Part shown: piece after piece, positions 61,258 to 64,000 of the stretch
Numbering within the stretch: the stretch's first letter is position 1
Layout of the letters: every line of letters begins with the position of its first letter
From: Escherichia coli
GTDB lineage: Bacteria; Pseudomonadota; Gammaproteobacteria; Enterobacterales; Enterobacteriaceae
Assembly: GCF_003019035.1 (NCBI RefSeq)
Contig: NZ_CP027447.1
Reading direction: 5' to 3' (one strand)
DNA: 64,000 nucleotides
The notes under the pieces: generated by a model
What the model was told of the DNA's origin: nothing
The model's database searches: none
What the model saw: only the letters and a program-made list of their open reading frames with translations
Made by a program: the position numbers and the translations under genes

Positions 61258-61784
61258 TTGCGTAATTCCGATAACTCGTTGAAGCGTTCCATAAACATCC
61301 CGTAGGCATGGCCCGGTGCCAGTGGAATAACTTTGAACATCTCTGTTGCCGGGATACCTTCCAGTACAGGCCATAAAGAGCCATCATCAAGCCCGAGATC
61401 ACGGCGTTCGGTTGCCAGCATAATGAGATCGGCATATTTCACTGGCGTGCTCATAACAGGAGGTAACCCGTATTTCTCACGGATTACTGCATCTATTTTT
61501 TCTTCCATCCGTTTATAGTCAGGAAGAAGGCGTTTCAGTGGTGCGGGGATGTCCTGGCAATACGCTTCTGTTGCATCATGCATTAACGCTTCAAAAGCAA
61601 ATTCCTGCGGCACCAGCTGGCTGCAAAGCACCGCATGTTGGGCGACACTGTAGAAGTGAGAAAGATGACCGGCAAAGCGGCAGATATTTGAAAGGGAAAC
61701 CGCGATATCGTTAATCACGATGTCGTCTTTATTTATCTTGTCATAATAAAAATGCTTCCCGGAAAAAGTTTTAATAAATGACAT
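61248..61784 (-). CDS. HD-domain phosphohydrolase (YfdR-like 5'-deoxynucleotidase family)
   Basis: 178-aa ORF with HD motif context (...VAQHAVLCSQL...ALMHDATEAYCQDIP...); GGAG RBS. Confidence 0.7.
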   Translation of the reverse strand: MSFIKTFSGKHFYYDKINKDDIVINDIAVSLSNICRFAGHLSHFYSVAQHAVLCSQLVPQEFAFEALMHDATEAYCQDIPAPLKRLLPDYKRMEEKIDAVIREKYGLPPVMSTPVKYADLIMLATERRDLGLDDGSLWPVLEGIPATEMFKVIPLAPGHAYGMFMERFNELSELRKCA

Positions 61785-61911
61785 TTTGTTCTCCACGTAT
61801 ATGCGCTGCACCGCGCTGAATTCTGGTAAAAAGAATCCCTCACCATCCGGCGATTATTGAGTAAATTACGTTTCCATAAATGCCCCCGCAGGGGCATTTG
61901 CAGTAATGAAA

Positions 61912-62736
61912 TCAGGCGGTGAAAGTACCAATAAAGGTTTCTACTTTGCTGTCCTTGAATTTCTCAACAAGCAGATCACGAAATTCGTTAGCCATTTCTT
62001 CCTGCACCGCCTCCAGCTGAATAATGCGCAGAACCAGTACAGGACGATCTCCAGTGATAATACTGAGGCGTAATTTAAACGGACGTTCTTTCAGACCTTC
62101 AAACGGAACGCATTTAAATTCAAATGCCACTGGCATAATGTCTTTGGTCTTCGCTTCGACAGACTCCATCAGGGAGCGTTTGCCGCTGAAGTCATTATCT
62201 TCAAAATCAGCGGTCTGGTTTGCTTCAATCGTGATTTTACGGACAGCCGCAGCCGCTTTTGTTGCCTGAATAGCGTCACCATTAGCATCAAAGCCCACAA
62301 GATAGTCGGCCCAGTCTTCAATCCATTCTGCCAGTGACTTCTGGGAGTTACGCTCGCCGTTAACAGACAACAGAGCAGAGAACGGTGCTGTCTTTTTCAG
62401 TTTGAGTGTGGCGGTGTTATCTGCGTGACCTGGTTCATCAATAGTACCCAGGTTAAGCACACTGACGGCACGCATATTATCAGCATCGATAAAGCAGCGG
62501 GTGCCTTCATCTGCAAGATCTTTAGAATAACGGGTAAAGTCATCGATGCTGGCAGTGGAAAGCGCACCACGGAAACGGAAGCGATTTAAATTAAATTTTT
62601 CCAGATCATGAATGCGGAAATTCTCAGGCAATGCCACAGCATCGGCACCAATCTTACTGATAATTTCATTAACACCCTGAGCAGAAATAAGGGCATGGAT
62701 TTGATTAATTGCGGTTGCGTCTAAGTTCTGAGACAT
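61912..62736 (-). CDS. Phage-associated hypothetical protein (274 aa), resembles prophage CPS-53 YfdQ as recalled
   Basis: Long ORF in the leftward early operon; family assignment from memory only. Confidence 0.6.
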   Translation of the reverse strand: MSQNLDATAINQIHALISAQGVNEIISKIGADAVALPENFRIHDLEKFNLNRFRFRGALSTASIDDFTRYSKDLADEGTRCFIDADNMRAVSVLNLGTIDEPGHADNTATLKLKKTAPFSALLSVNGERNSQKSLAEWIEDWADYLVGFDANGDAIQATKAAAAVRKITIEANQTADFEDNDFSGKRSLMESVEAKTKDIMPVAFEFKCVPFEGLKERPFKLRLSIITGDRPVLVLRIIQLEAVQEEMANEFRDLLVEKFKDSKVETFIGTFTA

Positions 62737-62801
62737 AATAAGTCCTCACTATATAAAGATATTCAGTGATGAGATAAATAATCAGTTAATTAAAAACGAT
62801 A

Positions 62802-63164
62802 TTAACGACCTGCTGCGCGGAGTTTTCCGTCAGGTTCACCGGCAAGAGTCAGTAACTGTCCCTGGTCTTCCTGCAGAATAGTCAGGCGACCACCGCGATT
62901 GACATACATCGGCGTTTCGGTGGTGTCTTCTTCGGAAATTTTCCCGCGGTTAGTCGGGCGAACATATGAGAGTTTGTGTTTGATTTTCACACGGTTCTCA
63001 TCAAATGGTTCGATTTCCAGGTTGAGTGAGACCTTACCTTTGGTTTTCGTGTTCATCACACCGGAAGCGACTTCACTGAGAACTGCGCCGATTTTGGTTT
63101 CAAATACGCCGCCGTCCAGCTCCCCGATAAATGCCTGCACATCAGTACTGCGTTCGCTAGCCAT
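62802..63164 (-). CDS. Phage hypothetical protein (120 aa)
   Basis: ORF with AGGAG RBS 8 nt upstream of the ATG at 63164; longer ORF-track version discarded. Confidence 0.6.
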   Translation of the reverse strand: MASERSTDVQAFIGELDGGVFETKIGAVLSEVASGVMNTKTKGKVSLNLEIEPFDENRVKIKHKLSYVRPTNRGKISEEDTTETPMYVNRGGRLTILQEDQGQLLTLAGEPDGKLRAAGR

Positions 63165-63212
63165 TTTGCTGCTCCTCATCATATCGACCCTGCAAGGCCG
63201 ATTAGTTTCTCC

Positions 63213-63301
63213 ACAAAACAGAGAAGAACACCTGCGGTGGCAGCCGCCCGGATGGATTGGGTTATGAGCCCGTCGTCCGGTGATGCTCTTCTCTGTTTTG
63301 T
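63213..63301. repeat. 15-bp perfect inverted repeat (ACAAAACAGAGAAGA / TCTTCTCTGTTTTGT) enclosing a 59-bp GC-rich spacer
   Basis: Arms at 63213-63227 and 63287-63301; a second hairpin GGTACCAGC-N17-GCTGGTACC follows at 63311-63345. Confidence 0.7.
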
Positions 63302-63601
63302 AAAAAGGACGGTACCAGCCGGAAGCAAGGGTACAAGCTGGTACCGCCAGGACTACACACAGCATAAAGTTGTGGTGCCGGGTGCCTCCCGGTGCCTGGC
63401 GAAGGTTGCACACCAGGCGGGTGGGTATCCACAGAAGGTCGACTGTCAGCCTCAACCTTAACCCGCGTGCGCTGAGCCGCATTCACCACAACGCTAAGGA
63501 TTCTCTCTGGTTGAAAATACTTAGCTGTTATGTGCCTGTCTTTTCACCACTTCAGGCTCGGTGGTATCCTTTTAAGCCCGTATACATAAAAGGAAAATCA
63601 A

Positions 63602-63847
63602 ATGACTTTTGATGAAAAAGAACTTGATAATGCAATTAATAAAATCATCGTAACGTCGCTCTTTTCCTGTCTCAGCGACACTCAGCAGAAACAGTTCTAC
63701 GAATCGGCTTTCAACATGATCGAGCGTTGTTGTTTCTGCGATGCCGACGAGTTACCTGAAAAAATCAGGAAACAGTTGGCTGATGCTCTTCGAGTGCGAC
63801 TTTCTGACCAATTTTCTGAAATGTGCTCTCCGAATTTGGACAAATAG
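63602..63847 (+). CDS. Phage hypothetical protein (81 aa)
   Basis: ORF with AAGGA RBS, rightward from the divergent intergenic region. Confidence 0.5.
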   Translation: MTFDEKELDNAINKIIVTSLFSCLSDTQQKQFYESAFNMIERCCFCDADELPEKIRKQLADALRVRLSDQFSEMCSPNLDK

Positions 63848-64000
63848 AAAAAGGCCATTTCCATTCAGGGTCTGATGGAAATACTTCAGCCTGTTCCAAA
63901 GCACGGCGTAAAGAGAACACAACTCCAGCCATAATCTGATGTTTCCCATTGGTCCAGCTATCGCCGCTCTGATCTACAGGGGCGGCTATGTCGTATGACC

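Larger units (their letters stand above)
58634..64000. mobile_element. Left end of a P22-like lambdoid prophage integrated at thrW (continues beyond the window)
   Basis: Integrase abuts the tRNA 3' end, followed by xis and a leftward early-region operon. Confidence 0.8.

Noticed and set aside
63213-63301. Retron msr/msd interpretation of the 15-bp inverted repeat
   Set aside because: The 59-bp spacer is far too short for msr plus msd, and no reverse transcriptase ORF follows within the window

Overview
Enterobacterial (Escherichia coli-like) chromosomal segment running from yafV-ivy-fadE-gmhA-yafJ-yafK-yafQ/dinJ-yafL through dinB-yafP-rtcB2-prfH-pepD-gpt-frsA-crl-phoE-proBA to tRNA-Thr (thrW). 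Between yafL and dinB sits an apparently intact ~38 kb Flag-2 lateral flagellar locus (lfhAB, lfiRQPNM, lafK, lfiEFGHIJ, lfgNMABCDEFGHIJKL, lafWZ, lafABCDEFSTU), which in E. coli K-12 is reduced to remnants. Inside it is a predicted glyco-modification module: a TagD-like glycerol-3-phosphate cytidylyltransferase, a three-domain transferase (GT2 + GT25 + TagF-like CDP-glycerol glycerophosphotransferase) and an unknown 309-aa protein. That module is the most interesting candidate for an undescribed function, namely glycerol-phosphate-containing modification of the lateral flagellum. A P22-like prophage is integrated at thrW from 58.6 kb to the window end. Other features: REP elements, a GC-rich hairpin repeat family, LexA boxes at dinJ and dinB, and two consensus sigma54 promoters. 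All calls are from reading ORF translations and motifs; no database search was run. Gene names are from memory of the E. coli K-12 map and the Flag-2 nomenclature.
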